Position numbers and translations under genes: made by a program
Shown: piece after piece, positions 1-12,887 of the stretch
How the letters are laid out: the number at the start of each line of letters is the position of its first letter
How positions within the stretch are numbered: the stretch's first letter is position 1
NCBI GenBank assembly: GCA_951406725.2
Contig: OX597836.1
Span: 1,922,001-1,986,000, forward strand
Origin: Octopus vulgaris
Taxonomy: Eukaryota
Length of the DNA stretch: 64,000 bases
Direction: 5' to 3'
Notes under the pieces: model-generated
Told to the model about the DNA's origin: nothing
Database searches by the model: none
Seen by the model: only the letters and a program-made list of their open reading frames with translations

Positions 1-54
1 GATTGTAATAAGATAAAAAGCTAAACTTGTAAGTTGTGCCGAGTAGAAGGCGTA

Positions 55-253
55 TTGAAATAATCATACAAGGCCTAAAAATTCTTTTAGGCTGAGGGTG
101 CTAGTCAATTACACCGGCTCCAGTACACAACTGGTACTTATTTCATCGACTGCGGAAGGAAAAGTGTTCTGTAGCGGAATTTAAACTCGGAAAGTAAAGA
201 TTGACGAAACGCCGCTTAGCAATTTGTCTGTGGTACTTAACGATTCTGCCAGG
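55..253 (-). mobile_element. Degenerate tRNA-derived SINE (family A)
   Basis: ctggtacttatttcatcgac...gcggaatttaaactc...aacgattctgccag is the reverse complement of the family A body/head seen intact at 56315-56734. Confidence 0.6.
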
Positions 254-939
254 TGGACGGACATAGGCGTGTTGTAATAACAATGGCTGACACTAACGAC
301 AGTGATGCTGCGATCATATGTTATTGTTTGGAGAGTAGATATTGGCCAGTTAAGTTCTACTGTTTAGGCAGTAGTATTGTTGAACACGTCTACGTACGTG
401 TATTAAAAGTGGAAGCCGTTTGTCGTAATCACGGATAATTATATCAAATAGTTAATGTTATCAAAATCAATGTCTTCAAAACTCTTTATTTGATATGAAA
501 TGAAAGCCATCAACTGATTAGAATTAAATGTGGAGATAAGGTTGTAGACTCTGCTTAATGTTATCTGTTGGTTAATCAGTTATTTACATCAAAAGGCTTC
601 ATCGAAGACTAAACATAATAATCCCCTCTTTTACAGTATTGTGTACACACAGACACATATACACACGCACACACGCATACACACACACACACACATACAC
701 ATATACATATATATATATATATATATATACTAGAAACAAGCTTTGGAATTGTTGAATGTTGCGGGTATTGTACAGACAAGTAAAATTCGAACGCAGTAAG
801 GATATAAGAAAAGCTGAGAAAGATTGAATATTTTCCGACGTGTAAGAGTAACATATCCAATCTTTCTGCTGCTATCAGAGCTATATTGTGTTCGAAATAT
901 ACTTCCTTATCTGTATGGAACGATGCATATATACATACA

Positions 940-1007
940 TACGTACATACATACATACATATATGCACACAGACACAGACACACACACACACACAGACAC
1001 AGACACA

Positions 1008-1080
<73 letters not shown>
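940..1080. repeat. (TACA)n/(CA)n microsatellite, representative of dozens of (TA)n, (CA)n, (GA)n and (GATA)n tracts in the window
   Basis: Directly visible; explains the [16 protein letters not shown] pseudo-ORFs. Confidence 0.97.
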
Positions 1081-1081
<1 letters not shown>

Positions 1082-3020
1082 CATATAACCTTCTCGCGAG
1101 TGTACCGTCTTGATTCCATTCTCCGAAGAGAGATGTCCGAGATCAGAGAACACTAATAATAACATCCTTCACGCGTCCAAAGTATGATGGATTCTGTTAG
1201 TCAAGAATTCGTTATTCGATCCTGAACTGCTCCTTTGTGTAACACCTGTCAGCATCGAGGTTTAGCCCGAACAAATATGATTTTTCCCCTCGAGAATATA
1301 TCTCAACTCGTTGTGTAGCAGATGATCGTCTTGTGCCTGTTGTTCTTCCGATGACTCTATTAATCGTAAAATTAACGAATTCTTCTCTAAGACGTGGAGC
1401 CAGAAGCGTCGGAATCCAAATTAAAACACACGCAAAGAATCTTCAGAGTCATAAAACCTGAGAAGCGCTCTTCTCTATGACAACAAGACAGCTGCTGATA
1501 TCTCAAGTCATCGGTAATCATCTTTACAGATGTCACATTAAAAAAACAAAGAAACAAGGCTATTGAGTCGAAGTTACTGGTGGGGGAACAAAATCTGCGT
1601 GTTCCATGGAGTACCAGTAAGGCTATTCATTTTCATAGGGGATTCGGATTTAGGCAACGGAGCTTCATCAGAGTAAAATACAAGAGGATACACTATAAAC
1701 AAAAGGAAGAAGGAAAAGGATAGAAAACATGGCCTAGACGAAAAGTCTAGAATCCCACTATGTTAAGAACATCTATTTAATAGCAAGGGGCTACGGGGTC
1801 CCTAGAAAAAAGTGTGAGCTAGTAATGGTCTAGGGAATACTACAATTTATTAACGGGTAGGAGCAGGATGTTTAAAAAAGAAGAAACTCTACATAAGGAA
1901 AATACTAACATCAAGGGCAGTTCTTATGCTAACGAAGAAAACTTAAGTAAAAGTAGACAATTACCTTAGGGTGTTTAAGGAAATTCATTCACAGAAATTA
2001 TTACCGAGAATCCCACCTATGGTCCACCATGTGGCAAGTCCAAGTCCAGTGGTCTCTATAATTGGTCAGTTACAATTATGAACCGAGGTCACAAAGGATT
2101 TGATTATGAAATAAAAAAAAGAAAAGAAAAAAGTTATGGGGGAGGTCAATGGATAAAATGGTGGTGTGAGGCCGTTTTGGTCTTTCAGCATCTTAACGTT
2201 ATGTCATGATCGAGGGAAGCGTAAAGGAATCCACGGAATTGTGGTCAAGGGGAGGCAACTAGTACTGATACTTCGATTGAGTTAAAGCTTCTAGGAAGTG
2301 AAATTGGGCTTAATCTCATAAATAGCGAATTGTGGTAATAATTAGATATATACAGGTAGGTAAGAAAAATCCATCTTATAGGTAGGTACCTTAAAGTGCA
2401 CATATAAAAAGGCGCTTACAATTAGGCGGTTAATATTCAAGGCCAAATCGCATGTTGAAATATTACCAAATAATGAAATTCCCAAGTTGTCACAGAGTAG
2501 TAAATATGATTAATAAGTATTAAATAGTCATTAAAGTTAGATAGTTCCTATTATTATGAAACAATTTAAAAGAAGTAAATTGGCACTGAAAGGGTACAAT
2601 TAATGCCGGACACCTCAGGCAGATTTGGTGCTGTGAGAAAAGTTACCTCAAATCAAATGATTTACTAAACTTGCTTAAAAAGCAATAAAAAATAGCCTAA
2701 GATAAGAATCTAATCATTAAAATTATAAAACTGCCTGTGTATATATATTATATGTACATTATAAATATATACATTATATATATTTGTGTCTATATGTATG
2801 TATATATATTTATACATACGCACACCCACCCGCACACACTCACATTATTGGGTTTAAAATTCGCAGTAAACTCCGTTTGAACGGACATCTACGATTAAGT
2901 TGCTACGAACATTACTTTTTAGTACAACTACTGATTGATTTCTTAGAGAGATTTTAGAAATAGCATTTTTAAGTATGTGTATGTGAGTTTGTAGAAGGTT
3001 GAAAATTAACACAGGAGTGG

Positions 3021-3505
3021 ATAAGTATAAGGAAAAAGTCTGAGGAAAAATAGGACAAGCTAGAAAATGCTAAAATAATTATATCATGAAGAGCATTTTC
3101 AGTCTTCGTGACTTTTCCGACTTAGAGTAAAGCATGAAAAACAATTGAATTGTAGAAAAATTAAATGAAAATGTTTTAAAAAATATTTCCATATTTTCAA
3201 ATACTTGGGACATTTTAATTTTCTGCCTCCCTGTTTCACGGCAGGTAGGTAGTAGCAGGTATAAAGTAATATTTAATTCAGTAAATTAGAGAGAGATAGA
3301 GTAATGGAAAATGTCTCTTGTATTTGAAAACTATGGACATATTTAAAAAAAAACACGTTTCATTTAAGTTTTCCACAATGTAATTGCTTTTTGCATTTCC
3401 TGGTTTAATCTAAATTGAAAAAGGCTCAAAGACTGAATCCTGTACTAAAATGTTCTTCATGATAAAATTATTTTAGTATCTTCTACCTTGACCTCTTTTA
3501 CTTAT
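3021..3505. repeat. Old, diverged long inverted repeat (arms ~3053-3216 and ~3308-3493)
   Basis: ctaaaataattatatcatgaagagcatttt pairs with aaaatgttcttcatgataaaattattttag; ttttcaaatacttgggacatttt pairs with aaaatgtctcttgtatttgaaaa; right arm abuts a TA tract. Confidence 0.75.
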
Positions 3506-3568
3506 ATATATATATGTGTGTGTGTGTGTGTATATGTGTGCATGTGTGTGTGAGAGTGTGCGTGTATG

Positions 3569-3600
<32 letters not shown>

Positions 3601-3758
3601 GATCAATAAATGGTGGGGTTGTGTTGACCGCACGTGGAGAAATGATAAGTAAGGAAAAATTTTTTTTTTTTTTTTTTTTTTTTTAAATGCAGAATGCTCA
3701 AATGAAAGAAAAATTTTAATAAAATGAGAAAATGATAAAATATATAAATATATATATT

Positions 3759-3799
3759 TATTCAACCGGTTTTCGTCAATGTATGACTTGTCAAGAATA
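3759..3799 (-). ncRNA. Minimal type-I hammerhead-like motif (U3-A8 variant), minus-strand copy
   Basis: Reverse complement reads tattc-TTGACAA-gtca/tacat/tgac-GAAAAC-cg-GTT-gaata; stems I and II perfect; one extra A in GAAA. Confidence 0.55.
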
Positions 3800-4102
3800 T
3801 TTATGTTTTAAGAAGTTTTTTTTAAAAATTAGAAAGGGGAAAAAAAGAAAATTGCAATGTTTTTTGTAAAAGAATAATGATAAAAATGTACAAAAATTAA
3901 AAAATAAGTTCTCCGATACATTGTGAGTTCGTTGTGTATCTTGAGTTTTATGGTTGTTTACCAAAAAATTACCTACCTTAATCCAAAGGGATTAAGAGCA
4001 TGTGATGTGTTGTGTTGTTAAATTCAGCATGTTGCAGGACAGGAAGTAGTAGTAATTGTGGTCCTGGTTCTTTAATTTTTAAAAAACTTCTTAAAACATA
4101 AA

Positions 4103-4143
4103 TATTCTTGACAAGTCATACATTGACGAAAACCGGTTGAATA
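4103..4143 (+). ncRNA. Minimal type-I hammerhead-like motif (U3-A8 variant), plus-strand copy
   Basis: tattc-TTGACAA-gtca tacat tgac-GAAAAC-cg-GTT-gaata; palindromic aaccggtt in place of stem III; one extra A in GAAA. Confidence 0.55.
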
Positions 4144-4513
4144 AATATATATATTTATATATTTTATCATTTTCTCATTTTATTAAAATTTTTCTTTCAT
4201 TTGAGCATTCTGCATTTAAAAAAAAAAAAAAAAAAAATTTTTCCTTACTTATATACATATATATATATATATATACATAAACGATTGCAACGTGTTCTTA
4301 AATAGCTTACAAATATCCTCCACGCTGCAATTGCCTTTGTTTCAGCAAACGGCCCCAGACCAGGTCACTCGCTATGCAAGTAAATCTCCGTAGCACACAC
4401 ACACAAACACACACACATATATATATATATATATGTATATATATACATATATACACACATATATATATACATATATAATATATATATTAAATGTCTATCT
4501 ATCTATCTATCTA

Positions 4514-4588
<75 letters not shown>

Positions 4589-5083
4589 GGAGAGAATGGG
4601 GAATAGGGCATAAAATAAGTAAAGAAGGAATATAAAGTGCGTGTGTTTATTTGCCACAAAATGAAAATTGATGATAAAAAATGACTGTCCCGATATAACA
4701 ACATATGTGTGTGTCTTCATGTATGCATGTATATATATATCGCATTCTACATATGTAATGCATACATATACATGCACATATACATGTTTCGTGTTTGTCT
4801 CACAACATTCCAGTACCAAATGCGGCCATACACTCTGTTTAAGGTATACAAATCGTTGATGTTATACTTCGTTGTTGAAATACCCATGTTTTTTTCTTAA
4901 TGCAAATTTTTGCGATTTGGTTTTTCTTTAAAAAAGTTTTTCTTGTTGTAATTTATTTTCTTTTAATGATATTTCTTATTTGAAATTTGCAGGTGTGGGA
5001 ACAAATCTACTTTCGTAATTACATTGTATGTACTAGCAACGTTCGCGTTGATTAAAATAGATACTATATATATATATATATAC

Positions 5084-5145
<62 letters not shown>

Positions 5146-5351
5146 TATATATTTATACACACAAAATATATATATATATATATATACACACATAAAATAT
5201 ATATATATATATATACACACATAAAAATATATATATACCACGTATTTTAATCAACGCGAATGTCGTTACTATATATATATATATATATATATATACATAC
5301 ATACATACATACATACATGCATACATATATACATACATATATAAATACATC

Positions 5352-5399
<48 letters not shown>

Positions 5400-6087
5400 A
5401 CATACTTACATATATACTATAGAGACTGAAAGAAATAAATCTACGCTGCCTGGCGGTGAAGCTGTTTAATTTGACTTTATTTTTTCTTAATATCACGCCT
5501 GAGTCAATGAGGGAAAAATCTTATAAATAAATTAAAGTTGGACAAATGCAAGTCGTAACACTAATGTCCTCTTTTTCTTTTTTTACTGCATTTTATTTCT
5601 TCGAATTATATTATTTTGGATTGTCTTCTATTTTCTTCCGCGCTATCTATCTTCAAAATCAGATCGATAGTTATTTTGGCAAACTTGATTTCGTAATGTG
5701 CAAAAAGTAGAAATACAATTGATGGCACGGACAGAGAGACATAGGACTGAAATCGCACACACAAAAATACAGGAATGACACAAGCATGCATGAATACCAA
5801 TACACACGGACACACAGACACACACACACACAAGCACACACACACATTTAGTAATGTATTTATGTGTTTGAGGGCCGTGGCCAGGTTGTTAAATAGTAGC
5901 ATTCGCGATGCCGAAAGCAGCGGGTGATGGTGGGACCTACGGACCTGCTTGTGCAAGAAGCACTTCATATAAAATATGGGACAAGTACCCAATCTACATG
6001 AAATGAAGATTTGATAAAAAAGGGAGTTGAGGTATAGTTCTTCACAAGATATTTCAGACATTTTTCAGAGCGAAAGACAACCGATAT

Positions 6088-6175
6088 AAATGTCTTCTGC
6101 TATAGCCTCGGATCAACCAAAGCCTTGTTAGTAGATTTGGTAGACGGAAACTGACAGAAGCCCTTCGTTTACATA

Positions 6176-6213
<38 letters not shown>

Positions 6214-6301
6214 TATGTAAACGAAGGGCTTCTGTCAGTTTCCGTCTACCAAATCTACTAACAAGGCTTTGGTTGATACGAGACTATAGCAGAAGACATT
6301 T
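6088..6301. repeat. Near-perfect palindrome centred on (TA)n: fold-back duplication of a SINE B segment
   Basis: Arms of ~90 nt (from 6088; to 6301) around the TA tract 6179-6210 differ by only 2 substitutions. Confidence 0.92.
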
Positions 6302-6386
6302 GGCCGAGGTGCTACGCAGTGGGACTGAACCTCGAACCATGAGGTTTGGAAGGAAGCTTGCTACCACACAACCATGCCTGCTCCTA
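6179..6386 (-). mobile_element. tRNA-derived SINE family B, 5' half
   Basis: Minus strand: taggagcaggcatggttgtgtggtag (A box)...ggttcagtccc (B box)...ggtagacggaaactg; same as 49010-49400 and 55395-55790. Confidence 0.85.
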
Positions 6387-6624
6387 TGTATATATAAAGT
6401 ATATGGTGGTTGTTTCTCGATCTAAAACATTGATGGTGCGATGGATATGTGGAGGCAGGGATTTCCAAACGTTTAGTCTTCTAGAATTAATGTCGCGACA
6501 CCCTGGTTCGGCTTGGAGCGGGGTGTGAGGCGGATTAATTATAATGAGAGGTGGAGTGACAAGTTAGTCAAACGTTGTTGGATGGGTAATTAGACGTTAT
6601 AGTTTGGGTGGTAGAATAGAAGAG

Positions 6625-6625
6625 T

Positions 6626-6664
<39 letters not shown>

Positions 6665-6677
6665 GAGAGGAGAAGGA

Positions 6678-6747
<70 letters not shown>

Positions 6748-6771
6748 AGAGAAGGAAGAGAGAGAGAGAGA
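6625..6771. repeat. (GA)n microsatellite
   Basis: Directly visible. Confidence 0.95.
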
Positions 6772-7189
6772 ACGATGGAGATGAGAATGCAGTCCGGACC
6801 GAACGCTGGAGCAGCCTCATCTTTGTCGACGCTGGAATGGGGAAATCATCAAAAGTGTTTTGGTATTGTAGCGATTCGGTTCGAGGCAACGATTTCTCGG
6901 CATTTGGTAGCCAAGATATAATTTTTTTTTCTGTGAAAAATGTTTCCTCCGAGACAAAATCGCGAGCGAAAGCCTGTGGCATTCCGGTCTACCGATGTGT
7001 GACAATAATAGTAGTACACTCTACCATTCTACTCATCTATGCTATCTTTTCTTTTAGCTTATTCCACCATGGCAAGTCTCAGCACACACAAAGTAGCGTT
7101 TGAACAGACCTCCGCGCAGACGCACTGCAGTCATATAACAGCAATCGAGGCAATCAAAATCACGTGATCAAATCTAAAATCACAACATT

Positions 7190-7222
7190 TATTATTATTA
7201 TTATAATTATTATTACTACTAC

Positions 7223-7294
<72 letters not shown>

Positions 7295-7540
7295 CATTGT
7301 AACGCGGCGAGCTAGCAGAATCGTTTGCTCGCTGGACGAAATGCGTAGCCGTATTCCGTGTGCCGCTACGTTCTGAGTTCAAATTCCGCCGAGGTCGACT
7401 TTTCCTTTCATCCTTTCAGAGCCGGTAAAATACGTACCAGTTGAGCACTAGGGTCGATGCTGTTGTCTATATCCCTCCCCCAAATTTCAAACCTTATGTC
7501 TCTAATAGAAAGAATTATTATTACTATTATAATTATAGGT

Positions 7541-7597
<57 letters not shown>

Positions 7598-7636
7598 TTT
7601 ATTTTATTAATATTATCATTATTTTTATCATTGTTG

Positions 7637-7698
<62 letters not shown>

Positions 7699-7865
7699 AT
7701 TATCATTATTTTATCATTGTTATTATTACTATTGCTATTATTGTCGTTATTATTATTTTTATTATTTTTATTATTATGCACCATTAATAGGAAAGATTGT
7801 CATTATTGTTTCAGTGGTCATGATAATAATTATAGGGAAATGTAGTGATGAGAATTATGATGAAT

Positions 7866-7903
<38 letters not shown>

Positions 7904-8250
7904 AATATTGACAATGAAGAGGACGAGAAAGAGAAAGGAGTGGAGGAGGATGATGGAGATGACATTTGTTGAGGTGGCGTTGTTGTTGTTGTTGTTTGTG
8001 GTGATGCTGATTACTGATGATAATGATATAGATCAGAAGGCAGATAATACTGATTGTCATAATAATGATGATGATGACGATGATGACGATGATGATGGTG
8101 ATGTTAATGATGATGATGATGATGACGATGATGATGGTGATGATTATTATCGCGATGGTAACTTTTAAAGGAAAATGGACAGATATGCAAATTAGCGAAG
8201 ACAGATAATGACAAGACAACAACAACAACAGCAACAAGATCAACAACTAC

Positions 8251-8308
<58 letters not shown>

Positions 8309-9350
8309 GAGATAAATGAGTAAAAGGAAGGGATGAGGGAGTAAAAAAGAAAATCTAAAACAGTAAATGAGGTTAGAAGACGAAAAATGAGAGCCAAAAA
8401 TAAATGGCGAAAATATAAAAGAAACGACGAAAATTAGAAAAAAAAAGAAAGAGAAAAAAAAGCTACTCCAACCATTCTATTGATGTAATAAGTGAGAGGA
8501 TTTTTATCTGGCGTGGAATTGTAATAGATAACAATCTGAATAGAGCTTTTAGCGCCACCTATCGCAATTAAGTCACACAGCGACCGGCCGACATATTTCA
8601 CTGTCATTAAAAAAGGAAAAGTTATTATATATTTTAGCTGAGCGTTGTTGTTGTTGTTGTTGTTGCGGTTGTTGTTCTTGTACTAAGTTTATGTTGTTCA
8701 TATAACTGTTGTTGTTGCTTATTATGTAGTTTTTTCTTATTTGTTATGTTGTTTTTTTTTTGGTTTCTGATCATTTTCGTTGTTGTTGATGTTGCTTCGT
8801 TATTTTGTTTTAATAAACATTTTTTGAAATAATACCATCAAGGTCCTTATCATCATCATCATCATCATCATCATCTCAGTCATCATCTGAATAATCTCCA
8901 TTGTGACCAGCACCAATGAGACCGCCACGACGCCTCCATCATGTCACCACCGCCAAGCTATCATCACCGCGTCGCTGTCACCATCGAGTCACAACCACCA
9001 TCGTGTCACCGGTCCCACTACCCACGCCACCACCATCAACAACAACAACCTCCATCAGACATCATCACCAATTTCTTTCCCCTCTTCCTCCCTTCGTCAT
9101 CATCATCATCATCATAATCATGCTCTTCATCATCATCATCATAGTCATCATTATATTTATCAATATTTTTGTCCAAACAGGATTATTTCTAGAACGAAAA
9201 TTTATATCATCGTTGGTCATGAAAGTTGGCCAAATGGCGATGATGGTGGAGAAGAGGTTGATGTCGACGGTGACGACCATGCTGATGAAGCTGCAGCTGC
9301 TGCTGCTAATGTTGATGATGATGATTATAGCGGTCATTAGCTTATGATCA
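7190..9350. repeat. Compound trinucleotide-repeat domain: (TTA), (TAA), (GAT), (TTG), (CAT), (CAC)
   Basis: Directly visible; source of the poly-I/N/D/H/M pseudo-ORFs. Confidence 0.92.
7303..7515 (+). mobile_element. tRNA-derived SINE family A
   Basis: ggcgagctagcagaatcgtt...gagttcaaattccgccgaggtcgacttttcctttcatcctttc...gtaccagttgagcac. Confidence 0.85.
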
Positions 9351-9582
9351 CAATGACGTTCATCGCAGAGATGACTAGAGGACTATTCATTTATAGATGT
9401 GTGTGTGTGTGTGTGTGTGTATATATACTTACATACCAATATACATACATATATATTTGTGTATATATATATATATATAGATAGAGAGATAAATAGATAG
9501 ATAGATGGATAGATAAATCGATAGATAAAAGTTACTTGGAAGAGGATGCGTGGCGTTCAATCATATAATAATATAAATAATA

Positions 9583-9631
<49 letters not shown>

Positions 9632-9696
9632 GCATATGCACATACGTATATGTACATGCTTACATCTATACGTATATACGTATGTATATATGTATA

Positions 9697-9778
<82 letters not shown>

Positions 9779-11598
9779 GGTATTATTATCATTATTATTA
9801 TTACATATGTCGTTATACCATGTACCACACAATGCTGTTGATACTTCCGCCGCAAGTGAAACTCAATTTTAATGTTGATTTCAAAGTTTCTGTCGTGGGC
9901 GATGTTGTTATTCGTTTTTCTTTAATAACGCTCACGTTTTTGATGTCGAAGATGGCGGCCCTGATGAATACGTATATTAATAACGACGTTTAAAGCTGAG
10001 AAAATATCATTTAACTGTTTCTAAGCCTGCACTGAAATGTATATCTCTGTAGCATTACTTTTATTTGTCTTTCTGGTTTCTTCTTTTTCTTTCTCTTCTC
10101 TCACTTTTGTTTATTTTTGTGTGTTTTATTGAATGCGATATTTCTACATTATTCTTACGTGATGAATTCTGCGTTTATAGCTACAAATTTATTTTTTATG
10201 TTCCGCTTTCTTTCCTATTAATTATATAATCTCTTCTTTTTTATTCATATAATATTATTACATATAAAGTTTGAAAATATAATATTTTTGTTTTACTCTA
10301 ATATTTCGATGTTTTAGACCATTAATTTATTGTTTTATGTTATATTTTATAAAATGTTTTGTTTCAGGAATTAAATTTGTTGTAATTTTTTTAATTTATT
10401 TTTAGAGCGTCGCTCCGAATTTTTTAATTTTAAAATGTGGTCTTAATATAAATATTTGTGGCATTTGATGTATTTTTTCATTGTATTTATGGAGAATTAA
10501 TTTTTTATATTACTTTTTTTTTTATTTATTGACGTTTAATATATATATATATATATTAAAAAAAAATTCTTCCGTTCTGTCCTTAATTCTATCATATTTT
10601 GTACATGTGATTTATTATGTTTTTTTTTTTTACTTGTGTTTCATTTTTCGTCTATACTCGTGTTATTTGGTTCCGAATGACACATCACGTTGATTGGTTG
10701 GGAAAATAAGAACAGAACAATACGACAAATACTTCAAACAAGATCTTGATAAACACACACACACACATACATACATACATACGCAGATAAACGCTCATAC
10801 ACGTACATATTTATACGTACGCGCGTACACGCACACACGTGGATATATGTGTGAATACAAAGACGAAGAAGAGACGAACAGGTCTTCGTGACTCCGTTAA
10901 CTCGTTTACTTGGAATTTAGCAATCTCTTCCATGACATCACTCTTTTCCATTCCTTTATCTTCCGCCCGCTCATTCACACTTTCTCACTCACTCTCTCCT
11001 TCACCTGTCTTTCACCCCCTCTCTCACTCCCGCTCACACATATACACAATGTTGCATATATATACATATATATATTATTTAAAGGAATTCCAACTCTGTC
11101 TGTTTTTTTAAGTTTTATTTATATTCTTATAATATTAATGTAGGATATTTGATATATAGTATATATATTGTTCATTAATTGAGAGATAAAAATATTGAAA
11201 GAAATAGGATGTATAAACAAGAGGCACATATTTGGTTGTCCTCGTGTTTTCTATATTTAATCTAAGGTGTACCTAAGGTGTACCCGTTGAAGTAGATTTC
11301 ACCTAGCGAATACTATTTATATGCTAAACTAAAATCAGAAACCAATTGGTCCAAGAAACTAGATGGTAAAATGTTTTTATTTTTTCATTTCGTTCCTGTC
11401 GAATTTTATCCCTAATTTTCTGGTTATAGAACTTAGCTGTTCTTTCTAGCGTGTTGAATCCCACGAGTGGATTCCTTATGTGTTTAAATGTACACTGTAT
11501 TTTATGACTAATACATAGTCTTTGGACTAAATTTATTCATGCTAGGCCACTGGAAGGGAAAATTTCTATTAATTTCCATTTCCCTTTGATATGATTAA

Positions 11599-11665
<67 letters not shown>

Positions 11666-11857
11666 CACATACAGATATACATATGTACATAAACAAATGA
11701 TATGCGTGTATGCGTAGAGCTATGTATGTTTGTACGCATGTAAGTTTGTGTCTTAATTTCCATTTTCATATCTTACGTTAATTGTCGTACATATATCTGT
11801 ACACACGTCATACACTACACATATGCATGTATGTATAGATATGCATGTATATATTTT

Positions 11858-11892
<35 letters not shown>

Positions 11893-11929
11893 ATGTATAT
11901 ATATATATATGTATATATATGTATGTATA

Positions 11930-11960
<31 letters not shown>

Positions 11961-12130
11961 GCTATCACATCTTGAGACATTCCCACATGTATGCACGATT
12001 ATATACCTAGACTCATATGTCCATGTAACGTTAACTATTCGCTTATACACACACCTGCACACACACACACACATACACACACACGCACGCACACACACAC
12101 ATTTATATAAATGCATATGGATGCATGCAG

Positions 12131-12186
<56 letters not shown>

Positions 12187-12603
12187 CCTACAGACGAACT
12201 TGTTAAATTGGTTGTTATTTGTGTCCATATCAGATTGCAGCGTTTCTATATAACCCCCTCCGATAAACTCTGTATTTTGTTTCTTAATGGTTGCCAGTAT
12301 CAAAGCGGCAACTGAACTTGCAAATTACTGTTAATCACAAATACGAGATTTTAAAATGTTTTGCATGACATACGATATACTAGTTTGGTGTATCTTATCC
12401 GAGTTCCCGCCCCGACCAAACAGTGGCAAGCCCCGGTTGCTTTTGCACCGTGATTCAACAACAGACGTTTAAGCTTTATCATCGTATTCCTCCCTCACTG
12501 TCGTTTTGCCGTTATGCAAACACACATATGAACAGAACCAGATAGAGGCAATATCCATAGTATACATATGTATATATATATACATATATATATATATATA
12601 CAT

Positions 12604-12654
<51 letters not shown>

Positions 12655-12772
12655 CATACATACATATATACACACACATGTCGATATAGATGTTTCTACA
12701 TGCTTAAATTTACACCTACACTTATGCCATTCAATTGGCTATAGATAGGTCTATTTATGTATACATACATAT

Positions 12773-12887
<115 letters not shown>

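Larger units (their letters stand above)
3600..4252 (-). mobile_element. Penelope-like (PLE) non-coding terminal fragment with inverted pseudo-LTR, inserted in (TA)n
   Basis: Near-perfect inverted arms 3645-3831 and 4073-4252, ~240-nt spacer, ~45-nt unpaired tail 3600-3644, TA-rich tracts on both sides, HHR-like motif in each arm. Confidence 0.75.

Noticed and set aside
9961-10010. Other isolated CTGATGA matches (also ~16989, ~22253, ~41154)
   Set aside because: No downstream stem II-GAAA-NUH arrangement; 7-mer matches are expected by chance.
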